In this document: positions 48,741 to 58,419 of the stretch, piece after piece
How positions within the stretch are numbered: the first letter of the stretch is position 1
How the letters are laid out: every line of letters begins with the position of its first letter
Source: an uncultured Bacteroidota bacterium
Lineage (GTDB): Bacteria; Bacteroidota; Ignavibacteria; UBA10030; UBA6906
Assembly: GCA_963700635.1 (NCBI GenBank)
Contig: CAVOYH010000005.1
Span: 128,001-192,000, forward strand
Length of the DNA stretch: 64,000 bases
Reading direction: 5' to 3'
Translations under genes and position numbers: made by a program
Notes under the pieces: model-generated
The model's input: the letters and a program-made list of their open reading frames with translations, nothing else
Told to the model about the DNA's origin: nothing
The model's database searches: none

Positions 48741-49292
48741 ATGCAAAAAAATTCCATCGGTTTAGTTGAACTCTCCAGTATCGCCGCCGGATTTCTTGTC
48801 GCCGACGCCATGCTCAAAGCTGCCGAGGTGGAGATTCTCCTCTCACGCACCATCTGCTCCGGGAAATATATGGTTCTTGTGGGCGGAGATGTTGCCGGGG
48901 TGACAGCCAGCGTTGAAGCCGGCATCGCAATCGGCGAAGGTACGGTTATTGACACCTTCGTGATCCCCAATGTCCATGCTTCGTTGTTTCCGGCGCTGGG
49001 CGGAACGGCAAAAGTGACTTCGCTGGAGGCGCTCGGGATTATTGAATCGTTCTCGGTGGCCTCGATGATCGAAGCCGCGGATGCGGCGGCAAAAGCTGCG
49101 AAAGTCCAGCTTATCGAACTCCGGCTTGCCATGGCGCTCGGAGGGAAGGCCTTCGTGACGCTTACCGGCGATGTCGCGGCCGCCCAGGCTGCCGTGGATG
49201 CCGGCGCAGCCGTTGTCGCGTCAAAGGGACTGCTGGTCAACAAGGTGGTTATTCCCGCCCCCCGCCGGGAACTCCTGTCGGAGATTGTGTGA
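48741..49292 (+). CDS. pduT: PduT-like tandem-domain BMC shell protein (BMC-T)
   Basis: Two BMC domains (IGLVELSSIAAG..ADAMLKAA; LGIIESFSVAS..AADAAAKAA). RTICSGKY carries Cys39, equivalent to the PduT Fe-S ligand. Confidence 0.88.
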   Translation: MQKNSIGLVELSSIAAGFLVADAMLKAAEVEILLSRTICSGKYMVLVGGDVAGVTASVEAGIAIGEGTVIDTFVIPNVHASLFPALGGTAKVTSLEALGIIESFSVASMIEAADAAAKAAKVQLIELRLAMALGGKAFVTLTGDVAAAQAAVDAGAAVVASKGLLVNKVVIPAPRRELLSEIV

Positions 49293-50830
49293 TCTCCTTC
49301 AAACTGGCCCTGCCGATCGTATGCGTGACTGCATGTGTTTCATGTGGAGCCCCTGCACCGTCAATTCTGCGTGACTCACAGGTTGTGTCCGCAGAGCGGG
49401 CAGCATCTCACGTCAGATACCTGGCATCCGATGCCCTGCTCGGGCGTAATACGCCGAGTCCCGGGCTGGACAGCGCGGCCGTGTACATCGCACGGACGTT
49501 CGCGGAAGCCGGTCTCCAGCCCGTCCATGGGTCGTATTTTCAGGAGGTGGTGCTGAATACCGTGGCTCTTGGCGACACGAATACGCTTGCGCTCACCATG
49601 GCGGGGCACATCGAACACTTTGTCCTGAAAGATGATTTTGTCCCGTTCGACATGACTGCGAACAACAGCGTCTCCGGGGATATTGTTTTCGCCGGCTACG
49701 GTATTGTTGCACCGGAGTATGGATACGATGATTATGCGGAGCTGGATGTAAAGGGGAAGATCGTGGCCGTGCTCCGCCATGAACCGGGCGAGGAGGACAC
49801 CGCATCGGTGTTCAACGGGCGGAAGAGCACGGACTATTCCAACGTTTTAACCAAGGTGCGTATCGCGATGGAACGTGGTGCGGCGGGCCTGCTGGTGATG
49901 ACGGATCCGCTGAATCATCGATCCCTTACACCCAGGGGGTTTGCCTGGCCGTCTCTCTCCCGGACTATCCCGCAGGACGCCCTTCCGATGACCCTTGTGG
50001 TGGAGGAATCGGCAAAGATACCCGTCCTCCATATCGGCGAACGGGTGATTACACGGTTGTTCGGGAGCGTAGATTCGCTGCGCGCGATACAGGCGGGTAT
50101 TGATGCCTCGGTGTCTCCGCGCTCCTACCCGTTGACGGGGATTTCGGGAACGATGCGGACTTCAACCTCAATCCGGGTCCACGCGACACGCAATGTGGTG
50201 GGATTGATGCCGGGCACCGATCCCCGGTCCGAGTTGTCCGTGGTAATCGTCGGCGCCCATTACGACCACGTTGGATACAAAAAGAACAGTCCCGCCGGCA
50301 CAGACTCCATCTATAATGGTGCTGATGACAACGCCTCCGGGACCGCGGCCCTGCTCGAGGTGGCTGCGGCGCTTGGTGCGTCCGGATCCCGGCCTGCCCG
50401 GCCAATTCTCCTCGTGGCGTTCACCGGTGAAGAAAAGGGACTGTTCGGCTCGCAGTACTACGCACAACATCCGCTCTTTCCTCTTGCAGAGACCGTGGCC
50501 ATGCTCAATATGGATATGGTCGGGCGAAACGATCCGGATTCACTTTTGCTCATCGTTGATGACCGCGATTCATCCCTCATGCGTATAGCCCGGGAGGAGA
50601 ACACACCTCCTTCATTTATCCTCACCCGATCGTACGTGGAAGCAGGGGGGAGCGATCATTTGAGTTTTAGCAAGCACACTATACCCGTCCTCTTTTTCCA
50701 CTCCGGCCTGCACGCCGAGTATCATCGTGTGGCCGACGAAGCACATCGTGTTAATGCTGAGAAAATCGCGCGGGTAGCCGGACTGGTGTTTCGCACCGCC
50801 CGGCGGCTGGCAGAAGCCCCGCTACAGTAG
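49289..50830 (+). CDS. M28 peptidase lipoprotein with PA domain
   Basis: Lipobox-like CVSC, YLASDALLGR, FAGYG, GAHYDH, NGADDNASG, GEEKGL.GS, NMDMVGR, SDH. Confidence 0.88.
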   Translation: MISFKLALPIVCVTACVSCGAPAPSILRDSQVVSAERAASHVRYLASDALLGRNTPSPGLDSAAVYIARTFAEAGLQPVHGSYFQEVVLNTVALGDTNTLALTMAGHIEHFVLKDDFVPFDMTANNSVSGDIVFAGYGIVAPEYGYDDYAELDVKGKIVAVLRHEPGEEDTASVFNGRKSTDYSNVLTKVRIAMERGAAGLLVMTDPLNHRSLTPRGFAWPSLSRTIPQDALPMTLVVEESAKIPVLHIGERVITRLFGSVDSLRAIQAGIDASVSPRSYPLTGISGTMRTSTSIRVHATRNVVGLMPGTDPRSELSVVIVGAHYDHVGYKKNSPAGTDSIYNGADDNASGTAALLEVAAALGASGSRPARPILLVAFTGEEKGLFGSQYYAQHPLFPLAETVAMLNMDMVGRNDPDSLLLIVDDRDSSLMRIAREENTPPSFILTRSYVEAGGSDHLSFSKHTIPVLFFHSGLHAEYHRVADEAHRVNAEKIARVAGLVFRTARRLAEAPLQ

Positions 50831-50855
50831 TTAATCACTTTCATCAGGGAGACAT

Positions 50856-51716
50856 ATGAGACACCACGTTGCTGTTCTAACGGCGGTACTGCTGGTTGCC
50901 GCCGGACTCCAGGACGCGTACGCAGATGATCCCACGACACTCCGCATGAAACTGGAGAAGGGAAAAAGTTATGTGTATGCCGATGCTGTTCGCGCGGACG
51001 TGACCCAGGAGATGGGCGGACAGGAAATGAAGATTAATACACATTCGCTTGTTGTGAGCCGGATTTCCGTGGAGGGGATTCGTCAGGATGGCTCATTTTC
51101 CCTGATCACCGTCGTGGATTCTCTCCTCTCGTCGGTTAAATCACCCATGCAGGACACCACGAGACTGATGACCGAGATGATGGGGAAACGCTCCCGGGTG
51201 GTTCTTTCACCCCTCGGCAAGGTCGTGGAGCGCGCCGTCATCGATTCGGTGAAGGGGTCACGGCAGATGATGCGCGGTTCTGCAGTCCGCGAGGTGGTCC
51301 GCTTCCACACACTTCCCGAGCAACCCGTGATTCCGGGTTCGCAGTGGACGGTCTCGACGCTGGATTCAACAGATGCGATGAACGGACACATGGTGACCGC
51401 GTATACAATCACGTACACCTTCGCCGGAAATGAAGAAAAAGGTGGGAGGCGTTGCGTCAAGATCACCTACACCGGAACGATGACCATCGAAGGGAAGGGC
51501 TCGATGATGGGGATGGAGGTCTTTTCAGAGGGGAAGGGGACACTCAGCGGAACCTGGCATTTTGATCCGCAGGCAGGTCTTACGGTCGCCGAGGAAGGTC
51601 TTCTGGATACCGACGTCACCCTGGCAATGACCGGCCAGCAGAACATGACCATCCCCATTACATCCTCAACAAAGGTCAGCCGCTCCCTCAGGTCGGCGGA
51701 AGCGATCACTAAATGA
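50856..51716 (+). CDS. exported hypothetical protein (DUF6263-like)
   Basis: Signal peptide, LRMKLEKGKSY, LPEQPVIPGSQW; beta-rich. Confidence 0.6.
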   Translation: MRHHVAVLTAVLLVAAGLQDAYADDPTTLRMKLEKGKSYVYADAVRADVTQEMGGQEMKINTHSLVVSRISVEGIRQDGSFSLITVVDSLLSSVKSPMQDTTRLMTEMMGKRSRVVLSPLGKVVERAVIDSVKGSRQMMRGSAVREVVRFHTLPEQPVIPGSQWTVSTLDSTDAMNGHMVTAYTITYTFAGNEEKGGRRCVKITYTGTMTIEGKGSMMGMEVFSEGKGTLSGTWHFDPQAGLTVAEEGLLDTDVTLAMTGQQNMTIPITSSTKVSRSLRSAEAITK

Positions 51717-53027
51717 GCGGCGCGCGGATGGGACGTCTTCTGGTGCTCCTGCTTGCGGTGCTGCTCGGGTTGCAGGGTTTTGCCTTTGCAGAGCCTGATG
51801 AACATGCGGCGCGCCGGGCGGTTGTACTGGGGCTGCTGGATTCGTCGGCCGGACTTGTGCTACGATCGGCGGAAATGCAGATGCGGTCCGGCGATGCGAA
51901 TCACCGGTTCCGTCAGGAGAGTCATCTCCTGTATCTGACGGGTGAGAACAGGCCGGGTCTTACGCTTCTGCTCGCCCCCCGGGGAATTCAGGTGGGCGAT
52001 ACGCTGGTACAGGTGGTTCTGTTTGTGCAGAAGGGAAGTGCCGACGGCGCGCCTCCACTCCGTCCGCTTCCGGATGGCATCACGGCTGACTACCGGCAGT
52101 TCACAGAAGTGCTCCTGGCACTTGCTCCCCATCTGAAGACTCTCTACGCATCATCGTTATCACCCGGCTTCGTGAACGACTGGCTCAACAACACTCCCCT
52201 GTTTCTGGAACGGGAGAGCAGGAAGGCATTCGAAAAAAAATTCCCGCAGGTAAAGGTGAAGAAGTGCCGGGACGCTTGTCGGGCAGGCAAGGGTGATCAA
52301 GAGTCCGTGGGAGGTTGACCGGATCCGTACATCGATCGCCGCGACGGGAGAGGGGTTGCGGCGTGTTATGGAATTGTGCAGGCCGGGAATGCGGGAGTAC
52401 GAGCTGCAGGCTGTGGTGGAGTACGAAATGATGCGCCGCGGCGCTTCAGCCCCTGCGTTTCAGTCCATCATCGGGTCCGGACCAAACGCCTTGATCCTGC
52501 ACTACGAGCACAACAGGCGGACTCTCGCCGCCGGTGAACTTGTGGTGATGGATGTGGGGGCGGAGATTGACGGTTATGCGGCGGACGTTACGCGCACGAT
52601 TCCGGTCTCGGGTACTTTCACAGCTGAACAGCGTACAGTCTACAACGCCGTGCTGCGCGCGCGGGATTCGGTTGTCTCGCGTATCCGGAGTGGTTTGCCA
52701 TGGGCGGAGCTGGATCGGGTAGCCAAAGCGGTTCTTGCCGCAGAAGGTTTTGGGAGCTTCTGGCGTCATTCGGTATCCCATTTTCTGGGGATTGATGTTC
52801 ACGATGTCGGGAAAATGGACACCTTGCGCGCGGGGATGGTGTTGACGGTTGAGCCGGGTGTTTATATCCCCGAAAACGACACTACCGTGGCTGCACACTT
52901 CAGGGGGATTGGCGTACGGATTGAGGACGACGTTCTTGTGACCCAGTCGGGGGCAGTTGTGTTGAGCGACGGTATTCCCCGGACGGTCAAAGAGATTGAG
53001 AAGTTGATGAAAAAGGGGAAAAAGTAG
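51713..53027 (+). CDS. Xaa-Pro aminopeptidase (M24B), apparent +1 frameshift at about 52262
   Basis: AMP_N motif FRQESHLLYLTG; catalytic IKSPWE, MDVGAE..GYAADVTRT, H.VSH.LG.DVHD, TVEPG, GVRIEDD. One extra A splits the ORF. Confidence 0.85.
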
Positions 53028-53044
53028 GGCCTATCACTTTCTTC

Positions 53045-53088
53045 TTGACTTTGTGATATGTAAATGATATCATTACAATATCACAAAG
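53045..53088 (+). promoter_or_regulatory. sigma70 promoter overlapped by a 40-bp palindromic operator
   Basis: TTGACT (53045-50)-N17-TATCAT (53068-73); palindrome CTTTGTGATATGTAAATGATATCATTACAATATCACAAAG (53049-88). Confidence 0.75.
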
Positions 53089-53099
53089 GAGGTCTGTAA

Positions 53100-53972
53100 A
53101 TGGATGCCATCCGTGAGATTCCCGCCAATCGAGTAAGTGGATTTGTGGCGCTGGTATTTGTGATTCTGTTATGGGCCATTGCGGTCTGGTTGCTGGTAGA
53201 CCTGATCCTGATACGACAACCGGTTCTGCTCTGGATCGATGTTCCGCTTTTTGTCCTTGCCGGGCTGCTTCTCAGCGGGTTTTATGTAGTCCAGCCGAAC
53301 GAAGCCCGGGTTCTCGTATTCTTCGGACGGTATATCGGTTCGGTACGTGAAGCCGGATTCTGGTACTCAAATCCCTTTGCCGTCAAGCGTCATGTCTCAC
53401 TCCGGATCCGCAATTTCAACAGCGACCGGCTTAAGGTGAATGACCTGCAGGGTAACCCGATTGAGATCGCCGCGGTGGTCGTCTGGCGTGTTGTGGATTC
53501 GGCGAAAGCACTTTTTGACGTGGAGAATTACGAAGGTTTTGTTGCGATTCAGAGCGAGACCGCAATCCGGGCGATGGCGTCACGGTATCCGTATGATGCA
53601 CATGTTGAGGGGCAGCCCTCCCTGCGCGGAAATCCGGATGAGGTCTCGGAAACCCTTCGCGTGCAGGTGCAGGCCCGACTGGATGTCGCCGGCGTTGAAA
53701 TCCAGGAAGCGCGGATCAGTCATCTCGCCTATGCGCAGGAGATCGCCCAGGCCATGCTGAGGCGTCAGCAGGCGGAAGCGATTGTTGCGGCCCGCCAGAA
53801 AATCGTGGAGGGTGCCGTGGGGATGGTCGAAAGTGCACTCAAGATGTTGAGTGAGCAGAAAGTCATCGAACTGGACACAGAGCGGAAGGCCGCAATGATC
53901 AACAACCTGCTGGTCGCGCTGGTGTCCGAACATGAAGTACAGCCGGTGATCAACGCAGGATCACTTTATTAA
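53100..53972 (+). CDS. SPFH/band-7 domain membrane protein
   Basis: Two TM helices, [41 protein letters not shown]. Confidence 0.9.
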   Translation: MDAIREIPANRVSGFVALVFVILLWAIAVWLLVDLILIRQPVLLWIDVPLFVLAGLLLSGFYVVQPNEARVLVFFGRYIGSVREAGFWYSNPFAVKRHVSLRIRNFNSDRLKVNDLQGNPIEIAAVVVWRVVDSAKALFDVENYEGFVAIQSETAIRAMASRYPYDAHVEGQPSLRGNPDEVSETLRVQVQARLDVAGVEIQEARISHLAYAQEIAQAMLRRQQAEAIVAARQKIVEGAVGMVESALKMLSEQKVIELDTERKAAMINNLLVALVSEHEVQPVINAGSLY

Positions 53973-54190
53973 TGAGTGACAAGAAGCGCTTTCTCCTCCG
54001 CGTGAACGGTGAGCTGTACGAGGTAATGGAAAAATGGGCGGCTGATGAGTTGCGGAGTGTCAACGCGCAAATAGAGTTTCTGCTTAGTGAAGCCGCCCGC
54101 CATGCCGGGCGGCTTCGGCACAACAATCCCCCTCCGGCTTCCGATCCCCCTACCGAAGACACATCCCGCGCGGACTCTCCTACTGCTTGA
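53972..54190 (+). CDS. Arc/ribbon-helix-helix DNA-binding protein
   Basis: KKRFLLRV...WAADELRSVNAQIEFLL; TAATG translational coupling. Confidence 0.85.
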   Translation: MSDKKRFLLRVNGELYEVMEKWAADELRSVNAQIEFLLSEAARHAGRLRHNNPPPASDPPTEDTSRADSPTA

Positions 54191-55222
54191 GATGGATAGT
54201 CTGCGTGGGAAAGGCAAACTGAATCCCTTCCGCTCCGAACCGCCGTGCGATCGCCAGGTTGATCGTCTCCTGCGTGTTCATGTACTGCGCATAGTCAGGA
54301 TTCTCCGACGTAATAGACGATCTCAAAGAGAAGTGCAAAGTCCCCGAACGACTTGAAATGGGCCCGATCGAAGCGGGCCAGCGGCACCGATGAGACAATG
54401 TCCTGCAACCACCCCGGAATCTTTTCCAGCTTTTCGGCCGGTGTCTGGTACTCAACACCGATCGAAAACAGTATCCTGCGTTCCTGCATACGCTTAAAAT
54501 TCCTGATCCGGGTGTGCAACAGATCGGTGTTGGAGATGACGATCTGCTCACCCGACAGGCTCCTGATGCGTGTGGTCTTGAGTCCCACATGCTCGATGTT
54601 CCCGCTCAGCGTGTCCACCACAATAAAATCCCCGATGACAAACGGTTTGTCGAGTGCAATGGAAAGCGATGCGAATAAATCACCGAGGACGTTCTGCAGT
54701 GCGAGGGCGACGGCGATGCCGCCGATACCCAGGCCGGCCACCAGCGCGGTGACGTCGACGCCCAGATTATCCAGCGCCAGCAGCAGAACAAGTGCCCAGA
54801 GCACAACTTTGCCCACGAAACTCAGCGCGGACAACGTCATGGCGCCCGTCGTATCGGTGCCCGTATGCTTGTTGTGTTGCGCGTGAAATGGCGAATGACA
54901 GCAGACCATTTCCCCAGACCCCGCCCTGGAGAAGCATGGTCAGGACAATGAAGATTCGCAGGATGTCCTGTACTTCAGCTGTTTTGTTCAGAATATGCGA
55001 CGCGGCATATATCGAAACCGCCATAAAAAAATAAAATCGCGTCCGCCCCAGAAGATCTACAATCAAATCGTCGATCTCATTTGTAGTCTTCTGCGCCAGT
55101 GTTCTTAGCCTCCGGACAACCAGACTCTTGATCAGTACGAGGAGGACGGTCCCGAGGAGGACCACGGCGGCAGCGACAATCCAGGTGCGGAGGGTATTAT
55201 CAAAATAGATTTCGTCGAGCAT
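54180..55222 (-). CDS. small-conductance mechanosensitive channel MscS family (two apparent +1 frameshifts, about 54872 and 54305)
   Basis: AGLGIGGIAVALALQ, DKPFVIGD, GLKTTRIR and GIQFAFPTQ are spread over three consecutive ORFs. Confidence 0.85.
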
Positions 55223-55261
55223 GGCCAATGATTGGGTGTGAGAAGAAAATGTCGGTTACGT

Positions 55262-55994
55262 TCAGAACTTCACCGGGACTCCGGGAGTGAGTTCAAGCAC
55301 TTTTTTCCGCATCGGCACAGGGAGAAAAGTCTTAAGCTGTGCCGGCGTTCCCGAAAGGACCGGGAATGTTCCGTAGTGCATGCCGATGATGTGTTTCGGC
55401 TTGAGGAGCGTGCACGCATAGGCGGCTTCGCGCGGACCCATGGTGTAACATCCCCCGATGGGAAGCAGGGCGATGTCCGGCTTGTACAGTCGTCCGATGA
55501 TCAGCATGTCGCCGAAGACTCCGGTGTCTCCTGCATGATAAAGGGAGAGGCCGTTTTCCATGCGGATCACAAAGCCTGCCGGATCCCCGCCGGCGAGCAT
55601 CGCTCCACCGGGTTCGAGACCGCTGCTGTGTTCGGCATGGGTCATGGTCAGGGTGATCCCATCGGTCGTCATGCTGCCGGACTTGTTCATTGCGTGCACG
55701 TTGGTCAGCCCCTGGCTCTGCAGATAGACCGCGATCTCATAGATGGCGAATATTTTCGCCCCGGTGCGCCGTGCCAGCTCCACCGTGTTCCCGAGATGAT
55801 CAGCATGGCCGTGCGTCACACAGATCATATCGGCAGAAGAAATCGTGCGCGCCTCCGGCGGTGCGTTGGGATTTTCAAGCCAGGGGTCGATCAATATCGT
55901 TTTTCCGTTGGGACTGCGGAACAGGAAGGCGGAATGGCCGAACCAGGTGAGCGAGACCGTTCCGCGGGCGACAGTGCGGGAGCGTGGTGGTCAT
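55262..55994 (-). CDS. UPF0173-type metallo-beta-lactamase-fold hydrolase (apparent +1 frameshift at about 55979)
   Basis: LTWFGHSAF, IDPW, THGHADH, HSS, YHAGDT, LPIGG.YTM, MHYGTF. ATG 55994 with a GGAGG RBS is one base out of frame. Confidence 0.85.
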
Positions 55995-56106
55995 GAGAAT
56001 GGTTCCTCCGGAATGGTGACACGTGATCAGGCTCATAGTACCAAATTTCCAGCAATCTTCCTATATTAGTGTACAAGTTCGTCCCATTCACGCACAGGAT
56101 TTCTTC

Positions 56107-57606
56107 ATGCCCACTTTTCGTCAATCCGCTGCCTCTCTGGTCGCCGTAAGCGCTCTGGGGATCGCTGCCTGCGCGCAGCCCCGCTCGCTCACCATTCTCC
56201 ACACGAACGATATGCACGCTTCGTTTCTCCCGCGGGAGGCGGTCTGGGTGAAAGAAACACCGCGGCCAATGATCGGGGGGTTCAAACAGCTTGAATTTGC
56301 AGTGGATTCACTCCGTACGATCCGCAAAAATGTTCTGGTGCTGGATGCGGGGGATGTCATGACCGGAAATCCCATAACGGAGCGGGAATACCGCGGCGCA
56401 CAGGGCGGGGCACTGTTCGAAATGATGAACAGGATCGGCTATGACGCCTGGTGCATCGGGAACCATGATCTGGATATTTCACAGGCAAATCTTAAGGGAC
56501 TTGTTGCCATCGCGGACTTTCCCACGACCTCCGCCAACCTGGTGGACGACCGGTCGGCATTTCCGGTGGGGAACCGGCCCTATGTCATCATCGAGCGGGG
56601 AGGGCTGCGCATCGGGATCATCGGCCTTATCTCTCAGGATCTGTATGGTCTGGTGATTCAAACCAACCTGACCGGAATACGCGTGCTGTCACCGGTCGAG
56701 ACCCTGCAACGCTACATTGATGAACTGGACCCTCAGACAGATCTGCTGATCGCACTGACCCATCAGGGTGTCTCGGATGATTCTATGCTGGCTGCCAATG
56801 TTCGCGGGTTGGACCTTATTGTGGGAGGGCACTCACACACGCGGCTCACCTCACCCAGGGTGGTGAATGGCGTGTACATCGTCCAGGCGGGCTCGAATAC
56901 GGAGTATCTTGGTCTGGTGGATATGGACGTGGAAGACGACCGCATCACACGGCTCAACGCCCGGCTGCATCCCCTGTGGGCAAACACGGAGCGCCCGGGC
57001 ACGCCCCTTGGCAGCCTCATCGATTCCATGCAGGTGGAGATCGACCGGGAATATAGCGAAGTGATCGGAACGCTGAAAGGGGACTGGCTGCGCCGTGATA
57101 ACGCAAATTCCATCGGCAGCTACGTCACCGAAGCACAACGGGAGGCCGTCCAGGCGGACATTTGTTTTATGAACACCCACGGCATCCGGCGTGATATCCC
57201 CGCCGGTCCGATCACCAAACGCGCGCTCTTTGAGGCGCTGCCTTTCCGGAATGTCCTCGCGACGTTTCAACTTAGCGGCGCACAACTCCGGAGCGTGTTC
57301 GCCCACGCCATCAAGACCCGCTCAGCAATCCTGGCAACGGGGATAACGGGGCAATGGCAGTCGGAATCCGGCGGCAGGATCACCTTTCAGGATCTCCGTG
57401 TCGGCGGCAATCCGCTGGAAGACGGGCGGATGTACACCTGTACGGCCAACGATTACCTGATCGGCGAAGCCAAACGGTATCTTGGCGTGGAACTTCCCCA
57501 GGTCATCTATTTACAGCGCACCCTGTTCGCCACGGTGGAGGCGGCAGTCCGGAAGGACAAAGAAATTGTCCCCCACATCATTCTCGCACTCACCAGATCC
57601 CGATAA
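56107..57606 (+). CDS. 5'-nucleotidase / bifunctional metallophosphatase
   Basis: ILHTNDMH, LDAGD, GNHD, THQG, GGHSH plus 5'-nucleotidase C-domain (N..GIR, LPF.N); signal peptide with possible lipobox. Confidence 0.9.
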   Translation: MPTFRQSAASLVAVSALGIAACAQPRSLTILHTNDMHASFLPREAVWVKETPRPMIGGFKQLEFAVDSLRTIRKNVLVLDAGDVMTGNPITEREYRGAQGGALFEMMNRIGYDAWCIGNHDLDISQANLKGLVAIADFPTTSANLVDDRSAFPVGNRPYVIIERGGLRIGIIGLISQDLYGLVIQTNLTGIRVLSPVETLQRYIDELDPQTDLLIALTHQGVSDDSMLAANVRGLDLIVGGHSHTRLTSPRVVNGVYIVQAGSNTEYLGLVDMDVEDDRITRLNARLHPLWANTERPGTPLGSLIDSMQVEIDREYSEVIGTLKGDWLRRDNANSIGSYVTEAQREAVQADICFMNTHGIRRDIPAGPITKRALFEALPFRNVLATFQLSGAQLRSVFAHAIKTRSAILATGITGQWQSESGGRITFQDLRVGGNPLEDGRMYTCTANDYLIGEAKRYLGVELPQVIYLQRTLFATVEAAVRKDKEIVPHIILALTRSR

Positions 57607-57626
57607 TACCGAGCGGAGATACATCC

Positions 57627-58334
57627 ATGAAATCATCGGCACAACACTTCCCCGTCCTGATCATCACCGGCAGACCGGCATCCGGCAAATCCGAACTGAT
57701 CGATTACCTGAAAAAATGCGACCCGGTCGAGCGAAAGAACCGATTCCGCATTGGTGAATTTGAAGAGCTTGATGATTTTATCTATGTGTGGGAAACGTTC
57801 GAAATAGACGATATGCTCACCCAGCATGGGAAACCACGCATCTGGACGGATGAAAAGTACTGGTTCAAGGATCATTTTATCTGGAACCTGTACATCGAGC
57901 GGATCAATCTGGAATACCGGAAGAAGCTGGCGAGGGATGCCGGGTATCATGACCGGATGACGACACTGATTGAATTTGCACGCGGGGGGGAAAACGGAAT
58001 CGAGGAAGCACTTAGCTATTTGCATGAAGAGGTCCTCAAACGCGCGCGGCTGATCTACATCCGGGTGTCGTATGAGGAATCCGTGCGGAAGAACCACCGG
58101 CGGGCGCGGAAGGGGATGGAGGATTCTATTCTCTACCACTCCTTGCCGGACGCGAAGATGGATTTCTACTACAAGATCAACGACTGGGAAAAACTCGAGG
58201 CACGTGATCCGAAGTACATTGAAGTGAAGGGTATAAAAATCCCCTACGCGGTGTTCGAAAATGAGCCCGAGAAGACCCTTGATCCGGTGGCTATCGGCAA
58301 TGAACTGGAGCGGGTGACAAAGCACCTGCCGTAA
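57627..58334 (+). CDS. uncharacterised P-loop NTPase (NMP-kinase-like)
   Basis: ITGRPASGKS Walker A, LIEFARG, IYIRVS.EES.RKN.RR. GGAG RBS before ATG 57627. Confidence 0.7.
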   Translation: MKSSAQHFPVLIITGRPASGKSELIDYLKKCDPVERKNRFRIGEFEELDDFIYVWETFEIDDMLTQHGKPRIWTDEKYWFKDHFIWNLYIERINLEYRKKLARDAGYHDRMTTLIEFARGGENGIEEALSYLHEEVLKRARLIYIRVSYEESVRKNHRRARKGMEDSILYHSLPDAKMDFYYKINDWEKLEARDPKYIEVKGIKIPYAVFENEPEKTLDPVAIGNELERVTKHLP

Positions 58335-58419
58335 TACCTTCCCTTACGGAAGGAGGCCAGCGCCATAACCGAAAACACGCGCTCCTGCCGGAGTGTGCCC
58401 CTGGATTCTGCCCTCAGGG

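Noticed and set aside
45500-55994. Programmed frameshifting or stop readthrough in xdhB, pepP, mscS and the MBL hydrolase
   Set aside because: No slippery heptamers or shared context; uniform +1 insertions in unrelated genes fit a technical error better.
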